From positions 131,683,396 to 131,722,519 of the forward strand of contig NC_068984.1 in NCBI RefSeq assembly GCF_001194135.2: a stretch of 39,124 bases of DNA. The letters are read 5' to 3'. The notes under the pieces are model-generated. The model worked only from the letters and a program-made list of their open reading frames with translations. It was not told the origin of the DNA and did not search any database. The position numbers and the translations under genes are program-made. Shown here one piece after another: positions 21,961 to 33,159 of the stretch; position 1 is the first letter of the stretch; the number at the start of each line of letters is the position of its first letter. Source of the DNA: Octopus bimaculoides. Taxonomy: Eukaryota.

Positions 21961-24019
21961 ACATATTTACTCACTTCTGCTGCCTGCTCTAGCATTTCTA
22001 GAGTCTTTCCAAACCTACCTTTCAAGTTTATAATAAATAGATATATCTTTTCAGGGCAACTTTGTCTTCTCTATTCTGTTTGATATTTTATAGTATTCAT
22101 CTTCCTATTAATGTTCTTTTTATTACTGTTGCTATTTTAAAAGTGTGTGTCTTTACCATTGTTAATGTCATCATATATCAATAAAAGATCAAAATTGGGA
22201 GGGAACAACAAAAAAATGATCATCATTGTAGAAAATAACTGAATCATAAAATAACAAATTGTGATTACATGAATTTGTTTATATGTCATATTCTTTTATT
22301 CTTTTAGTTATAGGACTATAATAATATCTCATTACTTGTAGCTCACATTTCACATCAGTTTGAACTTCTATTTTGTCTTCTTATATATGAAAATATTTTG
22401 TTTTTGTGTGGGAAATTGAAACCATTCTCATCTGCATGTTTTAACACCTCCCTTTACACAACCAAGGACCATCTCCAGTCGGTTAATTTGCATCTGAGTT
22501 GCAGCATTATAGGTGGAGAATTTATTAGTACCTGTAATACTTGTCACTTGCGGCCATAATGCCTTCAAGACTATCTTTCAAAAAAAAAAACCTCAAAAGA
22601 TATATTTATTCATCGCATAGTCTGCAACTTTGTCTTTCATCCTTTCTGAGCTGAAAGATAAATGTGCTGACCTGGTGGAAATATGAAAGCATTGGATGAG
22701 ATGCTTTGCAATATTATTCCAGCATTTTGCATTTTTAGTTCAAATCTCACAGTGGCCTATTCAGGTGGTAGACTTAATCCATCATCAAGTTTTAACCTTG
22801 CCAGCTGACCTTCGGATGTCTATAGTAGGATTCACTCTCTTTCAAGCATTCAGACTAGTTTCTGGTTTGAGGATATTTTCTTCCTTCCTTCCACCACTTT
22901 GGAGTGGGGCCTGCAAGGGTCATGGGCAACAACACTACACTTTTTTTTTTTTTTAATTGGTTGGAAAAAGATTGACTGACTCTGAAAACTTTATTCTATA
23001 ATAGCAACAGAAGTTTTCTTTACAGACATGTTCTGAATTGTGTGATATAGTTTACAGAAATTATTTGATAGTTCTTTTAATTCACAACACAATTGTTGAT
23101 GGACAACAACAATTTGTTTAAAACCTGTTTCTTCTTGTTAGTATTTGCAGTCAAGCTATCTAGAACAAACCTGTTGCACATAAGAAGAATGCTGAACTTT
23201 TAGAAGTGGTCTGTACGTTCTCCCTACCTCATATGCTATGCTTCATCTAGTCAGACACCATAACAATAACATTGCAAGCACTGTTAGTGTGTTGTGTGAG
23301 ATGACATACTTTCTCTGTTCATTGACCCCCTGCACACCTTGACTAGTCATGATTAATGAATGGTAGTGTAGTGTGGTACGACAAAGTGTCTGTTCTTTGA
23401 TGACACTGTTACATACTGATATGCAATGATTGTTAGTGTGAAGTGTAATAGGAAACAGTCAGTAATGTATAGTGGGAACAGGTATGTGCTGCCTAGTTTA
23501 TTATCCAGCTAGCTTTGTATGTTTAGTGGTGGATTTCGTTGACATATGGAAGACTGGATTCCTTGGCATTTGTCATAAGCACAGAATTTGGTCTTGGAAA
23601 AGAACTTAAGAAACTTATCATAGTCGATTTATAATTTGTTGTGGATTGTGATGATTGTGAATCCAGGCAGCTTTAATAAAGTCTGTGCAATATTTGCTCT
23701 CTCGTTGCTATCATGTGACCATCGACCATCTTTCTTTCTTTTCCTAACTTGTGTTTCTTTCTTTCTTTTCCTAACTTGTGTTTCTTTCTTTCCTTCTGAT
23801 TCATTTGGAGGAATCAGATGCATTCTTGTCTGTCTCCTCTCCAAGCTTGTTCCTCTGCATTCGCCACCTCACCTAATTTAGGCTTGACAACCCCAAACTA
23901 AGGGTGTGACCTATCTACATGTATATACAATGCCTTGTGAAAAGGAAAAAGTGGATTAATTTTGAAGAATATTTACAGCAAGGAAAATACTGTGGTATTG
24001 TACATAAGGACTTATATAG

Positions 24020-24740
24020 GACTTTTATTGAAAGAAAATAGAAAAACTTGAATAGGTTAGACTGAAGAATGTATTGTACTTGGACAGTTCTTGAAGAGAC
24101 ATCTTGAAAAACAGTTGACTTGACAAGAAAAGAAAACATGTGGATAGTTTCAGGGAGATGGATGAATGTGTAACTGTGTAGGTAAATGGAGGTCATGACT
24201 AAGGAAATCAAATTTGAGAACGAACACTGATCTTCTCAGCACAGAGACAGGCCCAGAGAAGAAATAATGTCAAATCCTATGCATACAAAACCAGAGAATT
24301 TATATTAAATAGAATACGTGGTTAAATGGTGAAAGTGTAGTACATTTAAATAAAAAGAATGCAGTAAGTTAGCACTGAAGAAATTTAAGAGAAGACATGA
24401 CGGTGTTACATAGATTATTCACTGGGAATATGGGGAAATAAATTAGAACAGATAGATAGCATGAAGATCAGCTTCCTAATGATATCAAAATTGGTTAGCA
24501 TTTTATCATTTCATACAACAATAAAAAATGACCTGGTATTGTCATAGTGAACAATAAATCAAGAAAATGTGAAAATAATTGGTAATACCAATTCATGGAG
24601 AAATTAGAATTGGGATCAAGTAAAAGAATTAAGAGGCTTTCAAACATGAGATTGTAAATATTTGGCAAGTAAAGAAGATAGATAATAATACAAATAAGGA
24701 TAAATCTTTAGGTATTATCCCTAATAGACTTAGAAAGTGT
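24020..24740 (+). mobile_element. Degraded R4/Dong-like RLE non-LTR element (zinc knuckle-endonuclease region)
   Basis: Frameshifted remnants GQF, LIFSAQ.QA..NNVK, KRRHDGV..IIHW, (R)PGIVIVNNK, LGIIP. Confidence 0.6.
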
Positions 24741-27700
24741 CATGTTGATTGGTCCATTTATTTTACTTTGGTGATGCAGAGAAAATAGATTTATTTCCCT
24801 TCATGTAAGTACGACAGATGGACCAAACAAAATAACTCTTGTAAAAAGAAGTCCCAACTCTCATTTAGCATCATTAGTAGTGAGTTCCCTAATGTGTTAT
24901 GGTGGTCACCACATAATGACACAGAACTACAAGAGCTGAGAAATGCTGTGAAGCTAATGTGTATCTCACTCTCCTTAATAAATATAAACACAATGCATGT
25001 GACTGCAACCTGGAACTTAGTGAAAAAAGAATGCTTGAATGAGGAAGAATTTTCTGTAAACAGTTGAATTCATGATTTAAAAAATAATCAGCTAAACTAG
25101 TAATCCAAGTTATAACGGAACATTTCTAAACAACATTATTTGGAACAGCTAAAAAGTGTTAAAGCCTTAGAGTAACTACCATGCAAGGTACATATAAAAG
25201 GCTTTTGGACTGAAAATTGCAAGTAGTACTTCTCCTTTTCCTTAAAGATACCAAACTACAGTATAAGATCCCTGAATCAGGATAGAAAGTGATAATTTTT
25301 AACTTTAGCACATAAATTTGGGGAAACAGAAAATAATCAATTTAATCCAATCTCAGTACTTAACTGGTAGTTATTTCATAAACACTGAAAGGATGAAATG
25401 CAAAATTAATCCTAGTATGATTTGAACTCTGGTTTTAATGGAATAATATATGGCCCCTTTCAGCTCTTGACTATACATAAAAAAAATTTCAGGAAAACAT
25501 CTGTTTTGTGTGTTGCAACATTTTCTCAAAACATGATCTGGTAATAATAACTCTGAATATATTGTATTTCCAATTTTCACAAATGATTTCAGTTAAAATG
25601 ATTTATGAAAATTTTATTTATTCTCATATTACTCATACAAACAAGCCTTGTTTCCCTAAAACATGTAAAATAAATAACTTGTATTAAAAGTCAATAATTA
25701 CAAACACCAACAAATGTAAGAAATATATTAAAAAGAAAGAAATCAAATTTCAGAAATAAAAATGAATCAGAATATTTCTGTAATATATTGCATTCTATAG
25801 AAATTTGTCTTCATTTGTTGTTTGGCTGAGCTAGAATGATAATAAAATTCAACTATTTAGTTAACCCTTTCATGATCATTTTCTTAATGTAACACACAGT
25901 CAGTATATGCATTAAACTAAATTTTAAAATAATTAAGTTTGGTGGGATTTAATAAAATTACATTTTCATTTCCAAGTTGTTTTGAATTAACGGGTTTTAT
26001 GTGGAATGATGATAAAATGTTTTTTTATTTAAACTAGCAGTGCCTGTGGAAATTTCCCAGTTTCTTTGAAAACTGTAAGTTTGTTGGAAGTTTTTAAAGA
26101 ACCATGAAATGCATAATTTCTTTTGAAATTTCATTTTCTGAAACTTTTCATTCTTAAGATGGTGTAAACTCCACATACGTAGTACTGAATGTACTGTCTT
26201 AGAACGGAACATCTTTGAAAGCTATATTCTTTGTTATACTTAAGCATTGCTGTCTATTATTTTTGTCTTTAAAAGAATGAAATAGAAGACTTTATAGTAT
26301 TATTTTGCTATGGTACAACTACTCTTGGTTGAAATAGTTGTAGTACTTCAAGTACTAATACACTGTACTTCATTTATCTTTTCATATCAGGGAAAGTATA
26401 TATGACTGAACTTACTCTATAAACAAAGTACAATAGCTGCCTCACAGAACTAGGTTAAAAAATAAAAATTGGTAATGTACATATTGCATTTGATTGAAAA
26501 CATTTATCAGTCATTTGACTTATGAATAATATAAATGTTGTATCTATAATAGATTATGTCCTTGATTTCTTTCCATATTTTATCAGCCAGTTGTTTTACA
26601 AGTAATATTTTATTCATTATATTGTCTTTAATTTTATTCCACATTTGAAATGTTTCACATATAGACAATAGAAGATTATTATTTTAATGAACGTTATAAA
26701 TCTGCAGTTTTCCTTTCATAGAAAAATTGTTATTAACGTACTAATCAACAATCAGAGATTATGGGGAAAAACATGGCTTTCTAAATTCTTCTAATGATAT
26801 AAACCTTTTCAATGAAGTTTAGAATAAGTTAGGGTTAATAAAAGTTCTATTGTTTTAATGTCCACTTTTCCATGCTTGCATGGGTCAGACAATTTGTTGA
26901 AGCAGATTTTCTATGGCTGTCACCAACCCTCACCTGTTGCTTAGTAAGGTAATATTTTCAGATTATCAGGCAAGTTTTCATGGAAGATTGGAAATGAAGG
27001 ACACTGGTTGCTTGATGGTCACATCTGCTTTCAAATATCACTCAATATCAAAGGCAAAAAGACAGTAGCATGCATGCATGCACTCTCTCTCTCACACACA
27101 CACATGGGTTCCATCTACAAGACCCATTCACAAGGCTTTGGTCAGCCAGGGACTATGATGGAAGATACTTGCCCAAGGCGCCATACAATGGCTAGGAAAT
27201 AAACTTCTTGCAACACAGCCTGACAAAGGTAAATGTTGGAAGAATTTTAATAGTGTTTGAAAATGTTTCCTAACCTTAAAACAAGTATAGTCATATAATG
27301 TTTGAAAAGGACTTCTTTTCTAAGCCCTTTGTTTTGTTAGCTGAAATAATTGTGGAAGTCTGTTTAATGGTTTAAAGATTTGTTACAATACACAACATTA
27401 GTTCTATAAAGAAATTAACGAGTGACACAAAAAGCAATTCTGTATATTTTAATTTATATTCATAGTCATATTACCATGCTCAAATTCTTCTCTAAGATTT
27501 TGATTCAATTATTGAATATTCTGCAGCATTTGATAACATTTCTCTAATGTAATAAACTTAAAATAATTAAGAGAAATTTTCATTTAGCTACAAGTAAATT
27601 ATGTATATATATAATCTATTTTCACAATTTTATCTTTCTACGTTTATCACTGTAAATTTTTAGTACTTGAATTTTTAAATTTTATACTTGATTTAATGAA

Positions 27701-28689
27701 ATTTGGAATTATCTATCTTTTGTTTTTAAATGTTACTAGAAATTTGTAACAAATTTCAAAACATTAATCTTTGTGAGGCAAAACACCAAATAAATTGTTG
27801 AATCCCTCAATAAAACAGAATTAAGGTAAATTATCAGAATTAGTGATAGCATTAACCACACCAAAGACTAGAGCTTGGTTTAGCTTGTGTAACATTCCTT
27901 GCAGTAACATTTGTGAACTCCTGTTGGTTTTCCTTTAACTACAGTTAATCTTTATGAGGAGCGGAGCAGAAGTGTTTTAATTTTTAATGCTGACATGTGA
28001 AGACATTCCTACTATAGGGACAAGGCCTGAAATTTTGATGGAAGAGGCTGATTGGGTATATCAGCTCCAGTGCTCAACTAGGACTTATATTATTGATCCC
28101 AAAAGAATGAAAGGCAAAAACTGACCTCAGCAGGATTTGAATTCAGAACTGAGTTGGAATACGAAGACATTGCATATGAGCTGTGTTGGTTGTCTCAGTT
28201 CAAATTATCATTTTCAATTTATAGACAGTACTCATGTCATTTTTATTTCTTGAAATTGCTGCTATGCATATTAGAAATTATATTTTGATATTACTATAAT
28301 TTGAGATAGAGAATGAAATAGTAAATCAGTATTAATACGTAAACAGTGCAAGTGACAGCTGGTGAACATTTATCAAAAAGCCCCATATTTTCAATAAATA
28401 ACTTCTGTTGTGGGAACCAACAATGAAATACAATTCATTTTCATTCTCTCTGTGTGCTTAGATTGTCCTAGATTTAACACACTGGTTGGTTTGCAGCAGT
28501 AGAAACTTTTATATTCTCAAAGTTGTTCATTGTATCACAAGAGCTGTGTCGAATATTTCTTCTATGATTAGTGCAAAATTACTACAACTAAGCATGGTGT
28601 ATAATTTTTAAATGCTTTATACACACACAAACACACACACACACACACACATATATACACACACACAAACACATACACATGTACAGAAA

Positions 28690-29680
28690 ATCGACTCCAT
28701 CAACTGCCAATGGGGTGAGCTAGAGGTAGTAGATAGCTTCCGTTATCTAGGTGAGTTAGTAGCAGAGGTGGATGCTCTGAGAGCATAGCTGTGAGAATAG
28801 GATTAGGCTGGGCAAAGTTCAGAGAGCTCCTACCTCTGCTGGCAACAAAGGGGCTCTCTCTCTCAGAATGAAAGGTTGTATAATACTTGAGTGCGAACAG
28901 CTATGCTACATGGCAGTAAAACATGAGCTGTGATAGCCGAGGAGATGCATAGGTTTGAAAGAAATGAAGTCAGTATGTTTCATTCAATGTGCAATGTCAG
29001 TGTGCATATTTGACAGTGTAAGCATCTTGAGAGAAAAGTTAGGCATAAGAGGCATCAGATGTGGTGTGCAAGAGAGACAACTGTGCTGGTATGGTCATGT
29101 GATGTGCATGGACGAGGATAGCTTTGTAAAGAAGTGCTAATCTCTAACTGTGGAGGAAACCTGTGGAAGAGGAAAATTAAGAAGACATGGGACAAGGTGG
29201 TGAAGCATGATCTTCAAAATTTGGGCCTCACAAAGGCAATGATTTGTGACCGAGACCTTTGGTAATATGCTGTGCTTGTGAAAACCTGTCAAACCAAATA
29301 AAATCGTAGTCATGGCTGATACTGGTGGCCTGTAAAAACACCTTTCGAGCATTGAGCCTCACAGAGGCAAAGTGGCTGAGCTTCTTTTGAGTGTTGGGCA
29401 TCACGGAGGCAATGACCAAGACATTTGGCATTGTGTCAAGCTTGAGAAGACCCATCAAGCCAAGTAAAATCACAGTCATGGCAGATACTGGTGTCGTGCA
29501 AATGACACCTGTGCTGGTGGCATGTAAAAACACCCATCACACTCTCAGAGTGGTTGGCGTTAAGAAGGGCATCCAGCCATAGAAACAATGTCAAATTTGA
29601 ATGGAGTCTGGTGCAGCTTGCCAGGCCAGGTCAAACCGTCCAACTCATGCCAGCATGGACAATGGATGTTAAATAATGAT
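28690..29680 (+). mobile_element. 5'-truncated RTE LINE: end of RT ORF plus complete 3' UTR/tail
   Basis: LEVVDSFRYLG, IRIGWAKFRELLPLL, LREKLGIRGIRCGVQERQLCWYGHV, KTWD...DRDLW, then the shared tail ending gttaaataatgat. Confidence 0.9.
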
Positions 29681-29702
29681 ATATATAATTTGTGTGTGTG
29701 TC

Positions 29703-29739
<37 letters not shown>

Positions 29740-29771
29740 GTATGGATTAAAACAGTTTGATTCACATTCGT

Positions 29772-29812
29772 TGGTACTCTTGAGTTTCAAGCATGATGCT
29801 AGTCTTCAGCCA
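29772..29812 (-). ncRNA. Minimal type I hammerhead motif (family C)
   Basis: Minus strand: TGG / CTGAAGA / CT-AGCA-TCA-TGCT-T / GAAA / CTC-AA-GAG / TA / CCA. Intact core, GUA triplet, 4-bp stem III, 3-bp stem I, imperfect base of stem II. Confidence 0.6.
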
Positions 29813-29835
29813 TTTTGAAAATGGCTGAAGACTAG
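29799..29835. repeat. Perfect 18-bp inverted repeat with 1-nt spacer
   Basis: ctagtcttcagccatttt-g-aaaatggctgaagactag. Confidence 0.95.
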
Positions 29836-29866
<31 letters not shown>

Positions 29867-29874
29867 ATATAATG

Positions 29875-30295
29875 TGTGGTAAGAAGCTTGTTTCCTAACC
29901 ACATGATTCCACGTTCAATCCCACTGCATAGCAAGTGTCTTTGACTATAGCTTCGGGCCAACCAAACCTTTGTGAGTGAATTTGATAGACCAAAACTGAA
30001 AGAAGCCTGTCATGTATATATATGTATGTGTCTTTGCGTCTGTGTTTGTCCCCCCTCCATAGCTTGAGAACTGATGTTGGTGTGTTTATGTCCTCATAAC
30101 TTAGCAGTTTGGCAAAAGAGACTAATAGAATAAGTACTAGGCTTACAAAGAATAAGTCCTGGGGTCAATTTCTTTGACGAAAACCCTTTGAGGCAGTGCT
30201 CCAGCATGGCCATAAGTTTACATAGCTGCTGGTGGCATGAGTTGAAATCCTGTTAAATGAGAGAAACATGACTGAAACATGTAGAAGAATAAAAG
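29875..30295 (+). mobile_element. tRNA-derived SINE (family of 7570-7947)
   Basis: tgtgtggtaagaagcttg, cgttcaatccc, ccttgtgagtgaatttg, gcagtgctccagcatggcc. Confidence 0.75.
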
Positions 30296-30514
30296 TGTTC
30301 GTGTGTAAATCCTCTCTGTTTTCTTGGTATTTCTTATGCTGGTGTTTTTATTGGTGAAAAATAATATTTTATTGTTGCTTACCACTACACAAATTATTTA
30401 CTGAAATTTTAGGACTGTTTGGGAAATGTTCTGCTACTATTACTCTATTAGTAGCATTACTACTAAAGATAATTTCCATCTATCCTTAAGTATCAGATAT
30501 CTCATTGAATTATT

Positions 30515-30950
30515 AGGTGAGGTGGCAGAATCATTAGCACCAAAGAAAAATGCTTAGCAGTATTTCTCCTGACTAATTACATTCTGAATTCAAATTCTGT
30601 TGGGGTCAACTTTGCCTTTCATCTCTTCAAGATCAATAAAATAGGTACCGGTCAAGTACTGGTGTTGATGTAATCAATTTAACCCCTTCCCACCAAATAT
30701 TTGGCTTTGTTCTTACAGTAGAAAGAATTATTATGTCTGAGTAGGGTAGTGGGTTGGCAGAATCAGTAGAGCTGTGTGTGTTTTCGGGGTGGGGGGATAC
30801 TTTGTGGTGTTTGTTCCAGCTCTTTATGTTCTGAGTTCAAATACAGCCATAGTCAACTTTCTCTGATATCCTTCTGGGGTCAATAAAATAAAATACCACT
30901 CAAGTACTGGAATTGATTTAATCAAGTAACACCTTCCTCTAAATTGCTTG
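30515..30950 (+). mobile_element. Two adjacent decayed tRNA-derived SINEs
   Basis: Each has a ggcagaatc head, gagttcaaat/gaattcaaat B-box and gtcaactttgcctttcatc-like core. Confidence 0.7.
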
Positions 30951-31531
30951 CCTTGTTGTGCCTAAATTAGAGATTTAATTATGAGTCCTGAGTTGACTTC
31001 AGATTTGGGCTTTACTGAGATTCAGTTACTTTAAAATGAGTAATTTAATGACAATATTAAGGTTAATTATTGTAGTGGATCATCTGAAGTTCTAAAATTA
31101 ATCATTGGAATTATCTTTTGTTAGTTAAGCTGTATCAAAATAAAATCTCTTTCTTTTACTTCGACTATGACTATAATGGGACACCACCTTGAAGGGATTC
31201 GTTGAACAAATTGACCCCAGTACATCTTTTTAAAGCCTAATATTTATTCTATTAATCTCTCTGCTGAACCACTCAGTTATGAAGATGTAAACAATCCAAC
31301 ACCAGTTGTCAAATGGTAGTAGGGGACACACACATACACATTTGCCACAGAATCTCCCAAAACTAGACACCAATATCTAAGCATTATCTAAGCCTAATTA
31401 GATTACCTGTGAAGGAAAAAAACAACCAATAACAATGTAAGTTATCTTCACAACCTATGAATCTACAAACACTTTTCATTATTTACATTATTTACATTTG
31501 ACGGATATTTGTCCTCATCTTGTTTGTTGTT

Positions 31532-31577
31532 AACACAACGTTTCGGCTGATATACCCTCCAGCCTTCGTCAGGTGTC
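31532..31577 (-). ncRNA. Minimal type I hammerhead motif (family A), intact
   Basis: Minus strand: GACAC / CTGACGA-A / GGCTG-gagggtatat-CAGCC / GAAAC / GTT / GTGTT; 5-bp stem I, 5-bp stem II, palindromic ACGU stem III. Confidence 0.75.
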
Positions 31578-31646
31578 TTGGGGAAATTTCAAACCTGGGT
31601 TCTCATTCCTAACGATGTTACTATTATTATTATTACTATTATTAAT

Positions 31647-31674
31647 NNNNNNNNNNNNNNNNNNNNNNNNNNNN
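31647..31674. other. Assembly gap inside the left arm of the palindrome
   Basis: 28 N; similar in size to the missing B-box/3' head segment seen in the right arm. Confidence 1.
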
Positions 31675-31722
31675 CTCGGAACCTTGGGGTTAGTAGCCCG
31701 CGCTCTTAACCACTACGCCATA

Positions 31723-31790
31723 TGGCGTAGTGGTTAAGAGCGCGGGCTACTAACCCCAAGGTTCCGAATTCGATTCACGGCAGCGACCTG
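31723..31790 (+). promoter_or_regulatory. tRNA-like Pol III internal promoter (A and B box); mirror copy on minus strand from 31720
   Basis: TGGCGTAGTGG (A-box), anticodon-like arm GGG-CTACTAA-CCC, gaattcgattc (B-box-like; left arm reads gag before the gap). Confidence 0.7.
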
Positions 31791-31863
31791 GTTAATAATA
31801 GTAATAATAATAATAATATAATAATAGTAACATCGTTAGAACCCAGGTTCGAAATTTCCCCAA

Positions 31864-31909
31864 GACACCTGACGAAGGCTGGAGGGTATATCAGCCGAAA
31901 CGTTCTGTT
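31864..31909 (+). ncRNA. Minimal type I hammerhead motif (family A) with a stem I mismatch
   Basis: GACAC / CTGACGA-A / GGCTG...CAGCC / GAAAC / GTT / CTGTT; the first stem I pair is C-C. Confidence 0.7.
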
Positions 31910-32139
31910 AACAACAACAAACAAGATGAGGACAAATATCCGTCAAATGTAAATAATGTAAATAATTCCTCATCTCTTAAATATAGAACTGTAAACACTT
32001 TTCACTTTACAAGAATAAAGGATAACTCAGAATAATAATACTGTGATCATTAGAAATTCATAATCAAGCATAACGAATGTATATTATATGATGTTATATA
32101 ATGTATATTATATGTTATATAAATATAAACACATACACA

Positions 32140-32350
32140 CACACACAGTGGACTTCTTTCAGTTTTTGTCCACCAAATCCACTTACTCGGTTTTGGCCTG
32201 CTCAAGACTATAGTGAAAGACATTTGTCCAAGGATCCATGCAGTGAGACTGAACTTGGAACCATGTAGTTGGGAAGAAAACTTCTTTCATTCACTAAAAC
32301 ACAAGACCAGGAATATAAGAATTATGTAGGTGCAGGCTGGCTGTGTGGTA
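32140..32350 (-). mobile_element. tRNA-derived SINE 5' part
   Basis: Aligns to 7790-7947. Confidence 0.7.
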
Positions 32351-32657
32351 AGAAGTAGGGGATTGTTAAAGATATATTCTACATTTTGCAAGAAATGCTT
32401 TTTATGTTGCAAGTAGTATCTGTTTGTTGGAGCAGATAACTTTTGAGAGTAGATATTATGAATATTATTAGCCTGTGTTAAATCCATATATGTTCACTTA
32501 TTTTTGTTACCATGATGTCATTTCTTTATTGATCCAGAGTGATATCAACATTACATTATTTCTTTATTTAAATAGTTTTGTTTTATATATCCTTCCTTGA
32601 TGCTGCTAAGGGATGGATAACTCAAAATATTTTACAAAATGTAACATTGGTTAATGT

Positions 32658-33159
32658 CTTGCTATAGAGGAGATACAAGCCAACCTCACATGAATTAAGA
32701 GTGAGTTGGTGTACCTGGAAAGAAGATACCTGGGTTTGTACCCCCATCACACTATAGCCTCTTAACACATGGCATAGAATCATTGCCCTCCTCCCCATAC
32801 CTGGGTTTGTACCCCCATCACACTATAGCCTCTTAACACATGGCATAGAATCATTACCCTCTTCCCCATCTCAAATATGTTCTCTCGCATTTAGTTGAGG
32901 AGGTTTTTTTACTTTTTCTCTTTTTCTTTCTTCCTGTTCTTTCTTGACTTGCAAGTTACTTGGCAACCTTTCTAGTGCTGGTGGCATGAAAAATGCACCC
33001 AGTACACACTGTAAAGTGGTTGGTGTTAGGAAGAACGTCCAGCCGCAGAAACTATGTCATAGCTGACAATGGAACTGAACATGGTCCAGCAGCTTACCGG
33101 ATCCTGTCAAACCAAACAACCCTTGCCAACTTGGGGAAACCTACAGCAAATGATGATGA
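32658..33159 (+). mobile_element. 502-bp RTE-tailed retroposed insertion with 16-bp TSD and internal 71-bp tandem duplication
   Basis: taacattggttaatgt at 32642-32657 and 33160-33175; (GAT)n tail; units at 32726-32796 and 32797-32867. Confidence 0.8.

Larger units (their letters stand above)
31479..31992. mobile_element. Palindromic (head-to-head) tRNA-headed, hammerhead-bearing Penelope-derived element with 12-bp TSD
   Basis: Symmetry axis in CATATG (31721/31722); each arm = tRNA-like head + (AAT)n + family A terminal repeat; direct repeat aaacacttttca at 31467-31478 and 31993-32004. Confidence 0.85.

Noticed and set aside
23180-23620. Possible decayed Penelope ORF end (LPYV...YEVGRTYRPL) on the minus strand
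   Set aside because: The motifs are very short, frames are broken, and the spacing is about twice that expected between LPY and the YIG motif.
24791-24991. Minus-strand GNSLLMMLNESWDFFLQEL resembling PRR5/Protor (HbrB) GQKLLDSLAETWDFF
   Set aside because: Similarity stops before the expected LP.LQAIF motif, a stop follows soon after, splice signals are weak and no other PRR5-like exons were found. A TBLASTN would settle it.
25861-26000. Second piggyBac-like MITE starting TTAACCCTTT
   Set aside because: No convincing matching right TIR or TTAA.
31479-31992. CRISPR array, functional tRNA genes, or pure assembly mirror as explanations of the palindrome
   Set aside because: No repeat-spacer periodicity; the heads lack an acceptor stem; arm-specific indels, unequal arm ends and a direct TSD argue against a mirror artefact, although long reads are still needed.
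32668-32700. 33-nt exon-like segment (RRYKPTSHELR) with good splice sites
   Set aside because: It lies inside a TSD-bounded retroposed insertion, so it is not an ancestral host exon.
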